From: Aeromicrobium sp. | Lineage (GTDB): Bacteria > Actinomycetota > Actinomycetes > Propionibacteriales > Nocardioidaceae | Direction of reading: 5' to 3' | DNA length: 64,000 bases | NCBI GenBank assembly: GCA_025965435.1 | Contig: JAOPWZ010000020.1 | Location: 960 to 64,959 of the forward strand | Part shown: positions 28,142 through 38,747 of the stretch, piece after piece | Layout: each line of letters starts with the position of its first letter | Position numbering within the stretch: the stretch's first letter is position 1 | Notes under the pieces: model-generated | Databases searched by the model: none | The model's input: the letters and a program-made list of their open reading frames with translations, nothing else | Told to the model about the DNA's origin: nothing | Program-made: the position numbers and the translations under genes

Positions 28142-29077
28142 TTATTTGGCGTACGAGTGCATCCCGCCGACCCACAGGTTGACGCCGACGAAGTTGAAGA
28201 CGAAGGTCGCGAAGCCGACCAGGGCGAGGATCGCGGCGGCCTTGCCCTTCCACCCGGCGGTCGCGCGGGCGTGCAGGTAGCCGGCGTAGACGACCCAGGT
28301 GATGAACGCCCAGACCTCCTTGGGGTCCCAGCCCCAGTAGCGGCCCCACGCGTACTGCGCCCAGATCGGGCCGGCGATGAGGGCCGCGAACGTCCAGATC
28401 GGGAACGCGAAGGCGTGCACGCGGTAGGCGACCTGGTCGATCTTGGCCGAGGCGGGGATGCGCCACAGGAAGCCGACCCGCTTGTCCTCGGGGGTGTTGC
28501 GCTCGGCGCGCGACTTGATCAGGTAGAGCACCGACGCGGCGGCACCGATGAAGAACGCGGATCCGGAGATGATCGCGCCGAAGACGTGGATGACGAGCCA
28601 GTACGAGTGCAGGGCGGGGACGAGTGGACCGGCGGGGACGTAGACCATCGCGGAGGCGCCCAGCACGACCGTGCCGAAGGCGGTGATGATGGGGCCGACC
28701 CAGTCGATCTCCCACACCCGCACCAGGGCGAGGTACACCAGCAGCGCGGCCACCGTCGCGGCGCAGCCGAACTCGTACATGTTGCCCCACGGGGCCCGCT
28801 CGGCGGCCAGACCACGCGTCACGACGCCCACGAGCAGGACGATCGTCGCCAGTGTCGTCAGCGACAGGCCGATGCCGCCGGCCATGTTGCTGCGCTCGAC
28901 CGGGACGGACGCCTGCGGGAGCTCGTCCGCGGAACCGGCGGTGACCCGTTCGCGCTCGGGCGCCACGTTGCGGGCGAAGCCCCACTGGGCGACGTACGCG
29001 ACGAAGGCCAGCGCGAGGATGCCCGTCGCGGACGCGACGGCGTAGTTGGAGACCTGCGCCAGGTTCTCGAGCGTCAT
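28142..29077 (-). CDS. ccsB: Cytochrome c biogenesis protein (system II, CcsA/ResC type)
   Basis: PWGNMYEF, LHSYWLVIH, WGRYWGWDPKE WWD domain, HSYA. Confidence 0.95.
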   Translation of the reverse strand: MTLENLAQVSNYAVASATGILALAFVAYVAQWGFARNVAPERERVTAGSADELPQASVPVERSNMAGGIGLSLTTLATIVLLVGVVTRGLAAERAPWGNMYEFGCAATVAALLVYLALVRVWEIDWVGPIITAFGTVVLGASAMVYVPAGPLVPALHSYWLVIHVFGAIISGSAFFIGAAASVLYLIKSRAERNTPEDKRVGFLWRIPASAKIDQVAYRVHAFAFPIWTFAALIAGPIWAQYAWGRYWGWDPKEVWAFITWVVYAGYLHARATAGWKGKAAAILALVGFATFVFNFVGVNLWVGGMHSYAK

Positions 29078-30639
29078 GTCGTTGCCTTCTCTTCGGTCTC
29101 ACCGAGCGCGTCCTTGAACCGCTCGAGGAAGTCGTCCAGGTCGGCCGGCAGGTCGTCCCGGGGCACGCGGTCCAGCACGGCGACGTCCACCACGGTACGC
29201 GAGCCGTCCTGACGGGCACGGATCCAGGTCCTGCGCGGCTTGATCGTCAGCGAGGTCATGAGCCCGATGAGTCCGGCGATGATGCCGAACAGCGGCACCT
29301 TGACCAACGGTGCCGAGCCGATCTGGAAGCGCGCGAACTGCCGCAGCTCGGTGAACTCGATCGACCCGCCGTCGGGGAGGTCGGCCGCCATGCCGGGCTG
29401 CAGGCTGACGCGGAAGGCCTTGGCGCCGTCCTGGTACTGCTCCATCTTGGTCTTGTCCAGGATGAAGACCGACTGGCCGGTCCCCTCGTCGAGCCCGAGG
29501 TCGCCGCGCCAGACGTTGAGCCCGACGAGCGGGTTGGCGGCGGCGGGGTGGGCGGATGTCGACAGCTCCTTGCCGCCCTGGCTCACCGCCGTCGGCAGGA
29601 AGAAGCCCTGGAAGCCGAGCTGCTCGGGCTGGGCGTCGGGGACCTTGATGATGCCGTTGGACGTGTAGGTCGCGTCGGCGGGCAGGAAGGGGACGGCGTC
29701 GTTGTACACCACGTTGCCCTGCGCATCGGTGATCTTGAAGACCGGCGCATAGCCCTGACCGAGCAGGTAGACCGAGGTGCTGCCGATCGCGAGCGGATGG
29801 TTGACCGTGATGTCGAAGGGCTTGTCGTCCTCGCCCGGCGAGGCGGCATAGGTGCCCTTCGCGCGGAACTCGCGCGGGGCGCCGGCCTGCGGGCTCCCGA
29901 ACGGCTGGAACCGTGCGGTGACCTTGTCCAGGGTGAGGGCGAACGGCGGCAGGTCGTCGGTGTCGAACAACGTCCCGGAGCTGAACTCGTCGTACTGGGG
30001 CAGGGAGTTGGCGAATTGTCCTCCGCCGTCGGTCACGATGACGGAACCGCGATAGCCGAACAGTGTCCCGACCGCCACACCGATCAGCACCACGACGATG
30101 CTGATGTGGAAGACCAGGTTGCCAGCCTCACGTAGGAAGCCCTTCTCGGCGCTGACCTCGCGCACGCCCTCGCGGTCCGCGACGTCGATCCTGGACCGCC
30201 CGAGAGCCTTGCGCGCGGCTGCCACGACGTCGTCCGGGGAGGCGTCGGTCTCGAACGAGGCGGACGCCGGGAGGCGGGAGAAGTTGCGCGGTGCCTTGGG
30301 CGGACGGGCGCGGGCGGCGCGGAGGTAGACGAACGAGCGGGGCAGGATGCAGCCGATCAGCGACACCATCAGCAGCAGGTAGACGGCGCTGAACCACGGC
30401 GAGCTGTAGACGCTGAAGAAGCCGAGGTCGTCCAGGATCGGCGCCGACTTCGGATGATCGAGGAAGTACGTCTCGACGGCCCGGGCATCGACACCGCGCT
30501 GCGGCACCAGCGAGCCCGGCACCGCGGCGATCGCCAGCAGCAGCAGGAGCATCAGCGCGGTGCGCATCGACGTCAGCTGGCGCCAGAACCACCGCGTGAG
30601 CTCGCGACGTCCCAGCTCGCTGACCGCATTCTCACTCAT
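29074..30639 (-). CDS. resB: Cytochrome c biogenesis protein ResB
   Basis: WRQLTSMRTAL, PGSLVPQ, YSSPWF, GNLVFH, VNHPL. Confidence 0.93.
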   Translation of the reverse strand: MSENAVSELGRRELTRWFWRQLTSMRTALMLLLLLAIAAVPGSLVPQRGVDARAVETYFLDHPKSAPILDDLGFFSVYSSPWFSAVYLLLMVSLIGCILPRSFVYLRAARARPPKAPRNFSRLPASASFETDASPDDVVAAARKALGRSRIDVADREGVREVSAEKGFLREAGNLVFHISIVVVLIGVAVGTLFGYRGSVIVTDGGGQFANSLPQYDEFSSGTLFDTDDLPPFALTLDKVTARFQPFGSPQAGAPREFRAKGTYAASPGEDDKPFDITVNHPLAIGSTSVYLLGQGYAPVFKITDAQGNVVYNDAVPFLPADATYTSNGIIKVPDAQPEQLGFQGFFLPTAVSQGGKELSTSAHPAAANPLVGLNVWRGDLGLDEGTGQSVFILDKTKMEQYQDGAKAFRVSLQPGMAADLPDGGSIEFTELRQFARFQIGSAPLVKVPLFGIIAGLIGLMTSLTIKPRRTWIRARQDGSRTVVDVAVLDRVPRDDLPADLDDFLERFKDALGETEEKATT

Positions 30640-30659
30640 GAAGCCCTCTGCTCACTCAT
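30636..30659 (-). other. 7-aa bridging mini-ORF between ccdA and resB
   Basis: MSEQRAS*; ATGA at both ends; CTCACTCAT duplicated at 30631 and 30651. Confidence 0.55.
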
Positions 30660-31408
30660 ACCGGCGGCTCGAAGCCCGAGACCCACGTCTGCATGTCGCC
30701 GACCAGGCTGTCCCACAGCCCTGTCACCAGCAGGACGCCGACCACGATGAGCAGCGAGCCGCCCACGATCGAGACCGCCCGTTGGTGCCGGCGGAACCAC
30801 GAGACGGCGTGCATGAACCGGCCGAACCCGAGGGCCGCCAGCACGAACGGGATGCCGAGGCCCAGGCAGTAGACGAAGGTCAGAAAGGCCCCGCGCGCGG
30901 CGGAGGGGTCGTCGGTCGCGAACGAGAGCGTCAGCACGGCCGACAGGGTCGGACCGATGCAGGGCACCCAGCCGAGGCCGAAGAAGACCCCCAGCACGGG
31001 GGCGATCGCGAGCCCGACCGCGGGCACGGCGTGCACCCGCACCTCGCGCTGCATGAACGGGACGAATCCGATGAAGACCAGCCCGAGGATGATCACCAGG
31101 ATGCCGGTCACGATCGAGAGGGTGTCCTGGTAGCGCTGCAGCTTCAGCCCGGCCGAGCCGAACAGGGCGCCCCCGAGCACGAACACCGTCGAGAAGCCGA
31201 GCACGAACAGCAACGCCCCGGCGAGCAGGCGTCCCCGGCGGGCGGACTCCAGGTCCTGGGCCGCGACCCCCGAGACGTACGAGAGGTAGCCCGGCAGCAG
31301 CGGCAGGACGCACGGGGAGAAGAACGACACCAGACCGGCGATGGCTGCCACCGGCACGGCGAGCAGGAGATTGCCCGAGTAGACGGTGTCCTGGAACCAG
31401 TCCGTCAC
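30656..31408 (-). CDS. ccdA: Cytochrome c biogenesis protein CcdA
   Basis: SFFSPCVLPL and GWVPCIGP motifs; GTG overlaps the TlpA stop. Confidence 0.93.
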   Translation of the reverse strand: MTDWFQDTVYSGNLLLAVPVAAIAGLVSFFSPCVLPLLPGYLSYVSGVAAQDLESARRGRLLAGALLFVLGFSTVFVLGGALFGSAGLKLQRYQDTLSIVTGILVIILGLVFIGFVPFMQREVRVHAVPAVGLAIAPVLGVFFGLGWVPCIGPTLSAVLTLSFATDDPSAARGAFLTFVYCLGLGIPFVLAALGFGRFMHAVSWFRRHQRAVSIVGGSLLIVVGVLLVTGLWDSLVGDMQTWVSGFEPPV

Positions 31409-31980
31409 GCGGTGCTCTTCTGCACGTCTTCGATCAGGTTCGCGAGCGTCGAGGCGGTCACCTTGTCGACGATCCGCACGGCGACGCGTCCCTTGGCGTC
31501 GATGATCCACGTCGTGGGGATGGCCGTGGTCGGGAGGCTGTCGATGAAGCCGAGCTCGAGGCGTCCGCCCTGGTCGGCGAAGCTGGGATAGGTGACACCG
31601 AAATTGCGGTTGAACGCGATCGCAGATGCCGGGTCCTTGGTGCGCGTCAGCACCCCGACGAACTGCACGTCCTTGCCCGCGTACTGCTTCGCGACCTCGT
31701 CGAGGGCCGGAGCCTCGGCCCGGCACGGCGCGCACCACGGCCCCCACAGGTTGACGACGATGGTCTTGCCGGCGAAGTCAGCGGTCGACAACGGGCGTCC
31801 GTCGAGGCCCTCGCCCTCGAGCACCGGGGCGTCCTCGCGATCGGCCGCGTCGACGCGGGTGATGGAGCCGTCACCGGAGACGAAGCCGTTGGTCGTCCCG
31901 CGGTTGCCGGCACCGCTGCACGCAGCGAGCAGGGCGATGGCCCCGATCGCCGCAACGGTCCGGGCGCGGAAGGAGGACAA
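31405..31980 (-). CDS. TlpA/ResA-family thiol-disulfide reductase lipoprotein
   Basis: Lipobox LAAC, WGPWCAPC, IPTT; start uncertain (31980 or 32013). Confidence 0.9.
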   Translation of the reverse strand: MSSFRARTVAAIGAIALLAACSGAGNRGTTNGFVSGDGSITRVDAADREDAPVLEGEGLDGRPLSTADFAGKTIVVNLWGPWCAPCRAEAPALDEVAKQYAGKDVQFVGVLTRTKDPASAIAFNRNFGVTYPSFADQGGRLELGFIDSLPTTAIPTTWIIDAKGRVAVRIVDKVTASTLANLIEDVQKSTA

Positions 31981-31984
31981 GGCT

Positions 31985-32638
31985 CTAGGCTCCGGCGACG
32001 AACTTCTTGCCACCGAGAACCGTGGGCAGCAGATCGCCGGCCGGCTCGCTGTAGGTGACGCCGATGAACTTGTCGCCGTCGAAGTACAGGCTGGTCAGGC
32101 TCGCGAGCGTGCACTGACGCTTGCGCGGATCGTGCACGAAGCTCTTCTGCTCGTGCGCCCGGCGGGCGATCCAGACCGGCAGCTGGTGCGACACGATGAC
32201 CGCCTCGTGACCACGGGCCGTCTCACGGGCGTCGTCGACGGCGAGCTTCATCCGGGCCGCGATGTCCTTGTAGGGCTCGCCCCACGAAGGCCGGATCGGG
32301 TTGCGCAGCATCCACCAGTTGCGGGGGTTCGAGAAGGCGCCGTTGCCGACGCCGACCGTCTTGCCCTCGAAGAGGTTGTCGGCCTCGATGACCCGGTCAT
32401 CGGTCGTGACCGGCACCTCGAGCAGCGTCGACAGCGGTTCAGCAGTCTGCTGCGCCCGCTCCAGCGGCGAGGCGACCATGTGCACGATCTCGTTCTTGGA
32501 CAGGAACTCCGCGGTGCGCTTCGCCATCTGGTGACCGAGCTCGGACAGCACGAACTCCGGCAGCCGGCCGTAGAGGACGCCTTCGGGGTTGTGGACCTCG
32601 CCGTGCCGCATCAGGTGCACGATGGTTCGTTCGGACAT
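31985..32638 (-). CDS. Histidine phosphatase family protein
   Basis: MRHGEVHNP, SPLERAQQTA, VSHQ; conserved position after hemL. Confidence 0.92.
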   Translation of the reverse strand: MSERTIVHLMRHGEVHNPEGVLYGRLPEFVLSELGHQMAKRTAEFLSKNEIVHMVASPLERAQQTAEPLSTLLEVPVTTDDRVIEADNLFEGKTVGVGNGAFSNPRNWWMLRNPIRPSWGEPYKDIAARMKLAVDDARETARGHEAVIVSHQLPVWIARRAHEQKSFVHDPRKRQCTLASLTSLYFDGDKFIGVTYSEPAGDLLPTVLGGKKFVAGA

Positions 32639-32661
32639 GCTGCACTCTCGTTTCGGGTGGT

Positions 32662-33978
32662 CTAGTTCTCGGGGGTGGCTCGGGCAGCGGCACGCGCGGC
32701 GCCCGGCAGCGCCTCGGCAATTCTAGAGAGTGCCTCCTCGCCGTGCGCAGCCGAGACGAACCAGCACTCGAATGCGCTCGGCGGAAGGTAGACACCGGCG
32801 TCCAGCATCGCGTGGAAGAAGGGCTTGTAGCGCCACGCCTCCTGCGCCTGCGCGCCGGCGAAGTCGGTCACCGGAGCGTCCGTGCCCCAGAAGACGCTGA
32901 ACATGTTGCCGGCGTTCTGCAGGGTGTACTGAGCTCCGGCGGCGTCGAGCGCATCGGCGACGAGGCCCTGCAGCTGCGCGGAGGCGGCATCGAGGCGGGC
33001 ATAGGCATCGGCGTCGGCCAGCCGCAGCGTCGTGAGCCCGGCGGTCGTCGCGATCGGGTTTCCCGACAGCGTGCCCGCCTGGTAGACGGGACCGGACGGC
33101 GCGAGCTGCTCCATGACGTCCTGGCGTCCGCCGAACGCGGCGGCCGGGAAGCCGCCGCCCATGACCTTGCCGAAGGTGACGAGGTCGGGCGCCCAGCCCT
33201 CGGGCTCGCCGTCGAGACCCCAGTGCCCCGAGCGGGTCACCCGGAAGCCGGTCATGACCTCGTCACTGATGAACAGGGCACCGCGGCGCGCGCAGATCTC
33301 GGACAGGAACTGGTTGAACCCCGGCTCCGGCGGCACGACGCCCATGTTGCCGGCCGCGGCCTCGGTGATCAGGCAGGCGATCTGGTCGCCGTACTGCTCG
33401 AAGGCCGCCTCGACCGCTGCCCGGTCGTTGTACGGGAGCACGATCGTGTCGGCGGTGACGTGGGCGGGCACGCCGGGCGTCTCGGGCAGGCCGAGCGTCA
33501 CGACGCCCGAGCCGGCCTCGGCCAGGAGCGCGTCGACGTGGCCGTGGTAGCAGCCGGCGAACTTGACGACCTTGTCGCGACCGGTGAATCCGCGCGCCAG
33601 GCGGATCGCCGACATCGTCGCCTCGGTGCCCGACGACACCATCCGGACCATCTCGGCGGACGTGCGTCCCACGATCTCCTCGGCCAGCAGCACCTCGGGC
33701 TCGCTGGGCGTGCCGAACGACGTCCCCCGTGCCACGGCGGCGCCGACGGCTGCGATCACCTCGGGATGCGCATGGCCCAGCAGCATCGGGCCCCACGAGC
33801 CGACGAGGTCGACGTAGCGGTTCCCGTCGACGTCGGTGAGCCACGCCCCCTCGGCGGACGCCATGAAGATCGGCGTGCCCCCGACGGCCCTGAAGGCGCG
33901 GACGGGCGAGTTGACGCCGCCCGGCGACACGGCGCGCGCGCGGTCGAACAGCTGCTGCGATGAGGTGGATGCGGTCAC
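32662..33978 (-). CDS. hemL: Glutamate-1-semialdehyde 2,1-aminomutase
   Basis: [42 protein letters not shown]. Confidence 0.97.
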   Translation of the reverse strand: MTASTSSQQLFDRARAVSPGGVNSPVRAFRAVGGTPIFMASAEGAWLTDVDGNRYVDLVGSWGPMLLGHAHPEVIAAVGAAVARGTSFGTPSEPEVLLAEEIVGRTSAEMVRMVSSGTEATMSAIRLARGFTGRDKVVKFAGCYHGHVDALLAEAGSGVVTLGLPETPGVPAHVTADTIVLPYNDRAAVEAAFEQYGDQIACLITEAAAGNMGVVPPEPGFNQFLSEICARRGALFISDEVMTGFRVTRSGHWGLDGEPEGWAPDLVTFGKVMGGGFPAAAFGGRQDVMEQLAPSGPVYQAGTLSGNPIATTAGLTTLRLADADAYARLDAASAQLQGLVADALDAAGAQYTLQNAGNMFSVFWGTDAPVTDFAGAQAQEAWRYKPFFHAMLDAGVYLPPSAFECWFVSAAHGEEALSRIAEALPGAARAAARATPEN

Positions 33979-34029
33979 CCGACCATTGTCGCGCCTGGCG
34001 ACAAGGCCCGATCATCGGCGTCGCCCGTC

Positions 34030-34056
34030 CGTAACCTCAGGACCCCTGTCTCGTTG
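34030..34056 (+). promoter_or_regulatory. BldN-type ECF sigma promoter CGTAAC-N16-CGTTG
   Basis: CGTAAC at 34030-34035 and CGTTG at 34052-34056, upstream of the lytic transglycosylase gene. Confidence 0.6.
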
Positions 34057-34163
34057 GGGATGTGTCCTGCGCCACTGCCGGGCTGGCGGCCCCCGGGGCC
34101 CTCAAGTAACATCGGTTTACGCATACGGCGCAGTCACTGCACCGGTCTGGGAGGGTATGACAC

Positions 34164-35384
34164 ATGGGAGCTCGACAGCTCACGCGTTGGCAGAAGGCCA
34201 GCGCCCTGGTGCCGATGGCCTTGCTGGTCGGCGCGTGGGGCGCCGCACTCGGCAACTCCGGCCTGGCCACCGCCTCTGACGGCATCTCCGACTCCGACAT
34301 TCCCGATGTGCCCGCCACGGCCTTCGAGCAGCCCGCCAGCGTCCAGCAGTCACCCAGCGGCGTCGACCCGAAGGCCGGTGCCGCCGGAACGGTGTCCACG
34401 CTGTCGACCAACGGCATCCCGACGTCGGCCCTGTACGCCTACCGCCGCGCCGAGACCCTGCTCGGCAAGGCCGACGAGGGCTGTCACCTGCCGTGGACGA
34501 TCGTCGCCGCGATCGGCCGGGTCGAGTCCAACCACGGCCGCACCAACGGCAACGCGCTCGACGCCGACGGCATCGCGCAGCCGGGCATCTACGGTGTGCC
34601 GCTCGACGGCAAGGACGGCCGGGCCCGGATCGCCGACACCGACAGCGGGACGCTGGACAAGAACTCGGTCCTCGACGTCGCGGTCGGCCCGATGCAATTC
34701 ATCCCCGGCACCTGGCAGACCGTCGGCGTCGACGCCGACAACGACGGCAGCAAGAACCCGCAGAGCATCAACGACGCGGCGACATCGGCCGGCATCTACC
34801 TGTGCGCCGGTGAGGGTGATCTGTCCAGCCCGTCCGATGCGGCCGTTGCGCTCAAGCGCTACAACAACTCCGACGCCTACGTCGACCTGGTCCTGAAGAT
34901 CGCCGCCGCCTACGCCAACGGCGACTTCACGCAGTCGCCCAACGGTGTCTCGACGGCGCCCGTCCTGACCTCCTCGTCGAACGACCAGACCCTGACGCCC
35001 AAGCAGCGCGCCAAGGCCGACAAGGCTCAGCGCGACGCCGAGAGGAAGCCCGTCACCGGCAAGCCCAAGGCCGGCGCACCCGGTGGCGGAGGTGGAGCGG
35101 GCACCGCTCCCGGTTCGAGCCCGGGTGCCGGTGGTTCCAGCGGCGACGGTGGCGGCGGCACCCCCGACGTCCCGAAGCCCACGGTTCCCAAGACTCCCGG
35201 GACGCTGGGCGGCGGAACTCAGAAGCTCGTCGAGGACACCCCCCTGGCGCCGCTCGCGCCCGTCACGAAGCCCGTCACTGGGCTGCTGTCCGGGGTCGAG
35301 GCCAACCTGCAGTGCCTGGTCAAGTACCCGTTCGGCCTGCCGAAGGTCGAGTTCGACAAGTGCGTGTACGACCTGACTCACTGA
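34164..35384 (+). CDS. Secreted lytic transglycosylase (SLT_2-like)
   Basis: N-terminal hydrophobic segment, AAIGRVESNHG, GPMQFIPGTW, RYNNSDAYV; Gly/Pro-rich tail. Confidence 0.9.
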   Translation: MGARQLTRWQKASALVPMALLVGAWGAALGNSGLATASDGISDSDIPDVPATAFEQPASVQQSPSGVDPKAGAAGTVSTLSTNGIPTSALYAYRRAETLLGKADEGCHLPWTIVAAIGRVESNHGRTNGNALDADGIAQPGIYGVPLDGKDGRARIADTDSGTLDKNSVLDVAVGPMQFIPGTWQTVGVDADNDGSKNPQSINDAATSAGIYLCAGEGDLSSPSDAAVALKRYNNSDAYVDLVLKIAAAYANGDFTQSPNGVSTAPVLTSSSNDQTLTPKQRAKADKAQRDAERKPVTGKPKAGAPGGGGGAGTAPGSSPGAGGSSGDGGGGTPDVPKPTVPKTPGTLGGGTQKLVEDTPLAPLAPVTKPVTGLLSGVEANLQCLVKYPFGLPKVEFDKCVYDLTH

Positions 35385-35400
35385 TCCACGACGTGAGCAC

Positions 35401-35433
35401 AGGGCCCCTCTCCGCCGGAGAGGGGCCCTTTCT
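35401..35433 (+). terminator. Intrinsic terminator
   Basis: AGGGCCCCTCTCC-GCC-GGAGAGGGGCCCT followed by TTCT, between convergent genes. Confidence 0.8.
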
Positions 35434-35570
35434 CGTGTCCGCCCGGTTCAGGTCCGCCGGCGCAGCGCATCAGCTGCTGTCCGCTCGGTGCGGCGCACCG
35501 CCAGCAGGACGGCCAGCCGACGCTTGGCCAGCAGGCGGCGTCGTCTCAGCGCGCCCCGGTCCCCGGTCAT

Positions 35571-37499
35571 CTACGCACGCCGGATCAGCTCGGCCCGGAT
35601 GCGCGGCGCGCACGCGGCCACCGTCAGGCCCGCCACGCCCACGGCAGCAGCCGAGCTGACCGCGAGCAGGAGCCCGATCGATGCCCACGGAGGTCCGGGC
35701 GTCCCGGCCGTGGCCGCGTAGCCGTATCCGACGGCCGACCCGGCGCCGATCGCCATGACCACCCCGACCACGAGCGGCACCGCCGCCTCCCACCACTGCG
35801 CGGCGCGGATCACTCCCCGTCCGGTGCCGAGCAGCTGGAGGCTGACCATCTCGGCACGGCGGGAGACCGCCCGGTCGATCGTGGCGATCGTAAAGCCGAG
35901 CAGACCGATGGACAGGACCAGCGCGGCGACGCTCCAGGTCAGGGCGCGCAGCCCTGACACGAAGTCATATGACCCGTCCTCCCACGGGTCGTAGGCCTGC
36001 GCGGTCGGCGCCAGGGCAGTCGCGGCCTCCTGGAGACCTTCCTCGCTCAGGACGCGCGGGTCCACCTGCGCAGCCAGCGGGACGACGGAGTCGACCGGGG
36101 CCGTGTTCAGGACGTCCGAGACACCAGGGGTGCTGATCGGGATGAACAGCTGGGCCTGCATGCCGTCGCTGACCGCGTGCCGCGAGGTCGACGTGATGAC
36201 CCGATCCGGCGCCGGGGTGTCGAGGGTGACGGCAGGCCCCTGGAGCGCAGCGGTCGGATCCTGGTTGCTCGACGACCAGGTGATCGTGGCTCCCAGGTCC
36301 ATGACGTCGGGCGGGACGTCGTCGAGCCAGGCCGGCCGGTCGTCCCGGCATCCGAGGGCGTCGGGCACTGCGGCCTCGAGGTCCGCGCACCGACCCACGA
36401 ACGCGTTCAGGCACGGCTGGCCCGTGCGGCAGCCGCTGATCACCGTCCATTGCGGGTAGGCGGCGATCACGCCGCCGACGGACTCGAGCCTGGTCGCGAG
36501 GTCCTGGACGTCCACGTCGGGGGCCACGACCTCGTAGGCGGCCGGGCCGCCGTTGGCCGTGCGGTCGGCGGCGCGGTACTGGGTCGAGTCCTCGAAGACG
36601 GTGAGCACCACGCGGGAGCCGGCGACGACGAACAGGGCGACGAGCAGCCCGGCGACGATGCGGGACACGCCGGCCGGCTGCGCCTCCAGCCGGCGGCCGG
36701 CGATCCGAAGGCTCGGCCGCCCCGGCACACGGACCACGACGGCGGCGACCACGCGGGTGAAGACCGGGATCACGACGATGAGCCCCACGGCACTCAGCAC
36801 CCCGCCGGCCACGAGGATCGCGAACCGGCCGTACCCGAGCTGCCCGTCCGCGCCGATGGTGCTGCCCGCGGTGAGGGCCAGGCCCGCCGGCAGAGGCAGA
36901 GCGCGCCATCCACGGTGCGTCCCGGACGGCACGAGCCTCGCCTCGGCGGTGAGGGTGCCGGCGCGACGTGCGCCGGGCAGCAGTGCCACGGCGACTGCGA
37001 CCAGGGGCAGAGCGACGACCATCAGGCCGACGCTCCATGGCCACGGCGCGAACTCCGCCGACGACCAGTCCCGGCCGGCGACGTCCAGCCCGCGCAGCGC
37101 CGGACGGGTCGCCCAGAACGCGAGCACCCCCAGGACACCGCCCACCGCGGCTCCCGCCCCCGCCTCGACGGCCGCCACCACGCGCGTGCGCCCCGGCGAG
37201 ACCCCCAGCACGCGCAGGTTCGCCAGCCGTCGATCCCGCAACGCCGCCGACAGACGGGCGATCGTGGCCAGGAGCACCGCGACCGGCACCCCGACCGTGG
37301 CGACCACCGTCAGCACCAGGATCGGCAGGCCGTCACCGTCATAGCTCGGCAGTGCGATCTCCGCCCGGACGGCAGCGAGGACCAGCAGCATGATCCAGAC
37401 TCCGACGAGGTGGGCGGCGACGGTCGCCACGGCGCGGAGCCGTTCGCCCGGCGTGGCGCCGCGGGCGAGCCTGAGCCCGAGCCGGATCGCGCCGGTCAC
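35571..37499 (-). CDS. FtsX-like ABC permease
   Basis: RDRRLANLRVLG and RRAEMVSLQLLG repeated FtsX-type motifs, many TM helices. Confidence 0.85.
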   Translation of the reverse strand: MTGAIRLGLRLARGATPGERLRAVATVAAHLVGVWIMLLVLAAVRAEIALPSYDGDGLPILVLTVVATVGVPVAVLLATIARLSAALRDRRLANLRVLGVSPGRTRVVAAVEAGAGAAVGGVLGVLAFWATRPALRGLDVAGRDWSSAEFAPWPWSVGLMVVALPLVAVAVALLPGARRAGTLTAEARLVPSGTHRGWRALPLPAGLALTAGSTIGADGQLGYGRFAILVAGGVLSAVGLIVVIPVFTRVVAAVVVRVPGRPSLRIAGRRLEAQPAGVSRIVAGLLVALFVVAGSRVVLTVFEDSTQYRAADRTANGGPAAYEVVAPDVDVQDLATRLESVGGVIAAYPQWTVISGCRTGQPCLNAFVGRCADLEAAVPDALGCRDDRPAWLDDVPPDVMDLGATITWSSSNQDPTAALQGPAVTLDTPAPDRVITSTSRHAVSDGMQAQLFIPISTPGVSDVLNTAPVDSVVPLAAQVDPRVLSEEGLQEAATALAPTAQAYDPWEDGSYDFVSGLRALTWSVAALVLSIGLLGFTIATIDRAVSRRAEMVSLQLLGTGRGVIRAAQWWEAAVPLVVGVVMAIGAGSAVGYGYAATAGTPGPPWASIGLLLAVSSAAAVGVAGLTVAACAPRIRAELIRRA

Positions 37500-38191
37500 G
37501 GCTCGACCTCGCCCACCACCGTGCCGTCGCGCATCACCTGAAGCCGATCGGCGTGGGCCGCGACCCGGTGATCGTGGGTCACGAGCAGCACGCTCGCGCC
37601 CCGGGCCCGCGCCGACGTGAGCAGCAGCTCGAGCACCTGCTCGCCGTTGACCGTGTCGAGGGCGCCGGTGGGCTCGTCCGCGAACACGATCTCGGGCTCG
37701 TGGACCAGGGCACGCGCGACGGCAGCACGCTGCGCCTCTCCGCCCGACACCGCGCCCGTCCGGCGGTCTCCGGCCCCACCGAGGCCGACCGCGTCCAGCA
37801 TCGCGGCCGCCCGGCCCGCGGCCTCCCGGTGCGGCGTCCCGGTCAGCTGCAGCGGCAGGGCGACGTTCTCGGCCAAGGTCAGCTCAGGGATCAGCTCGCC
37901 ACCCTGGAGCACGAAGCCCATGCGGGCCAGCCGCAGCGCCGACCGCTGCCGCTCGGTCATCGTGCCCAGCTCCTGGCCCAGCACCCGCACCTGGCCGGCG
38001 TCGGGGCGCAGGATGCCGGCGAGGCAGTGGAGCAGCGTCGACTTGCCCGAGCCGGACGCGCCCATCAGGGCCAGCACCTCGCCTCGACGCAGCTCGATGG
38101 TCGCGCCGCGGAGCGCCCGTGTGGGGCCGAAGTCGAGGTGGAGGTCCTGCGCCGACACCGCGTGGTCGACGACCATGACGTCGCTGGTCAC
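37496..38191 (-). CDS. ABC transporter ATP-binding protein (LolD/MacB type)
   Basis: GASGSGKST, SGGEAQR, ADEPTGALD, VTHD. Confidence 0.94.
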   Translation of the reverse strand: MTSDVMVVDHAVSAQDLHLDFGPTRALRGATIELRRGEVLALMGASGSGKSTLLHCLAGILRPDAGQVRVLGQELGTMTERQRSALRLARMGFVLQGGELIPELTLAENVALPLQLTGTPHREAAGRAAAMLDAVGLGGAGDRRTGAVSGGEAQRAAVARALVHEPEIVFADEPTGALDTVNGEQVLELLLTSARARGASVLLVTHDHRVAAHADRLQVMRDGTVVGEVEP

Positions 38192-38721
38192 GCCCAGTCC
38201 CTCGTCAGCTCGTCACCGAGGGCGTCGATGCGTCCGCCCGCCTCCTCGATCCAGCGAAGATCGGCGTCGAGGTGCGCCAGCTCGTACGTCATCGCCAGCA
38301 CGTCGGGCGCCGCGGCGCTGCCCTTGGCTGCCGTCAGCTCCCGCATGCGCTCGACGTGCAGGACACGCTGCGCGTCGAGCACGGCGTCGGCATCACGTCC
38401 GGACATCAGGGCGAGCGTCACCTTGGTGAGCAGCGTGCTCGTCGCGTAGGTCGACGGCGGTTCGGGTGTGTACATCCAGGACTCCCATGCAGTCACTCCA
38501 TCCGGCGTGATGGCGTAGAGGATTCGGGACGGCCCGCCGCCGTCCTCCGTGCCCGTGACGGTCGCGAGACCGTCGCGCTCGAATCTCGACAGCGATGCGT
38601 ACACCTGACCTGCGGGCAGCGGCTTGACCGGGCTGAACCGTCGGTCGTATCGCTGCTTGAGGGTGTAGCCGTGCGCCGGTGCGGTCGCGAGCAGGCCCAG
38701 GAGGGTCTTCGATGCGGACAT
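38188..38721 (-). CDS. PadR-family transcriptional regulator
   Basis: LLGLL..HGYTLK, GQVYASLSR, YAITPDG, HLDADLRW. Confidence 0.92.
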   Translation of the reverse strand: MSASKTLLGLLATAPAHGYTLKQRYDRRFSPVKPLPAGQVYASLSRFERDGLATVTGTEDGGGPSRILYAITPDGVTAWESWMYTPEPPSTYATSTLLTKVTLALMSGRDADAVLDAQRVLHVERMRELTAAKGSAAAPDVLAMTYELAHLDADLRWIEEAGGRIDALGDELTRDWA

Positions 38722-38730
38722 GGCCGCAAC

Positions 38731-38747
38731 TATACACATAGTGTCTA
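38731..38747. promoter_or_regulatory. Probable PadR operator
   Basis: TATACAC-ATA-GTGTCTA imperfect AT-rich palindrome 9 nt upstream of the padR start. Confidence 0.6.
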
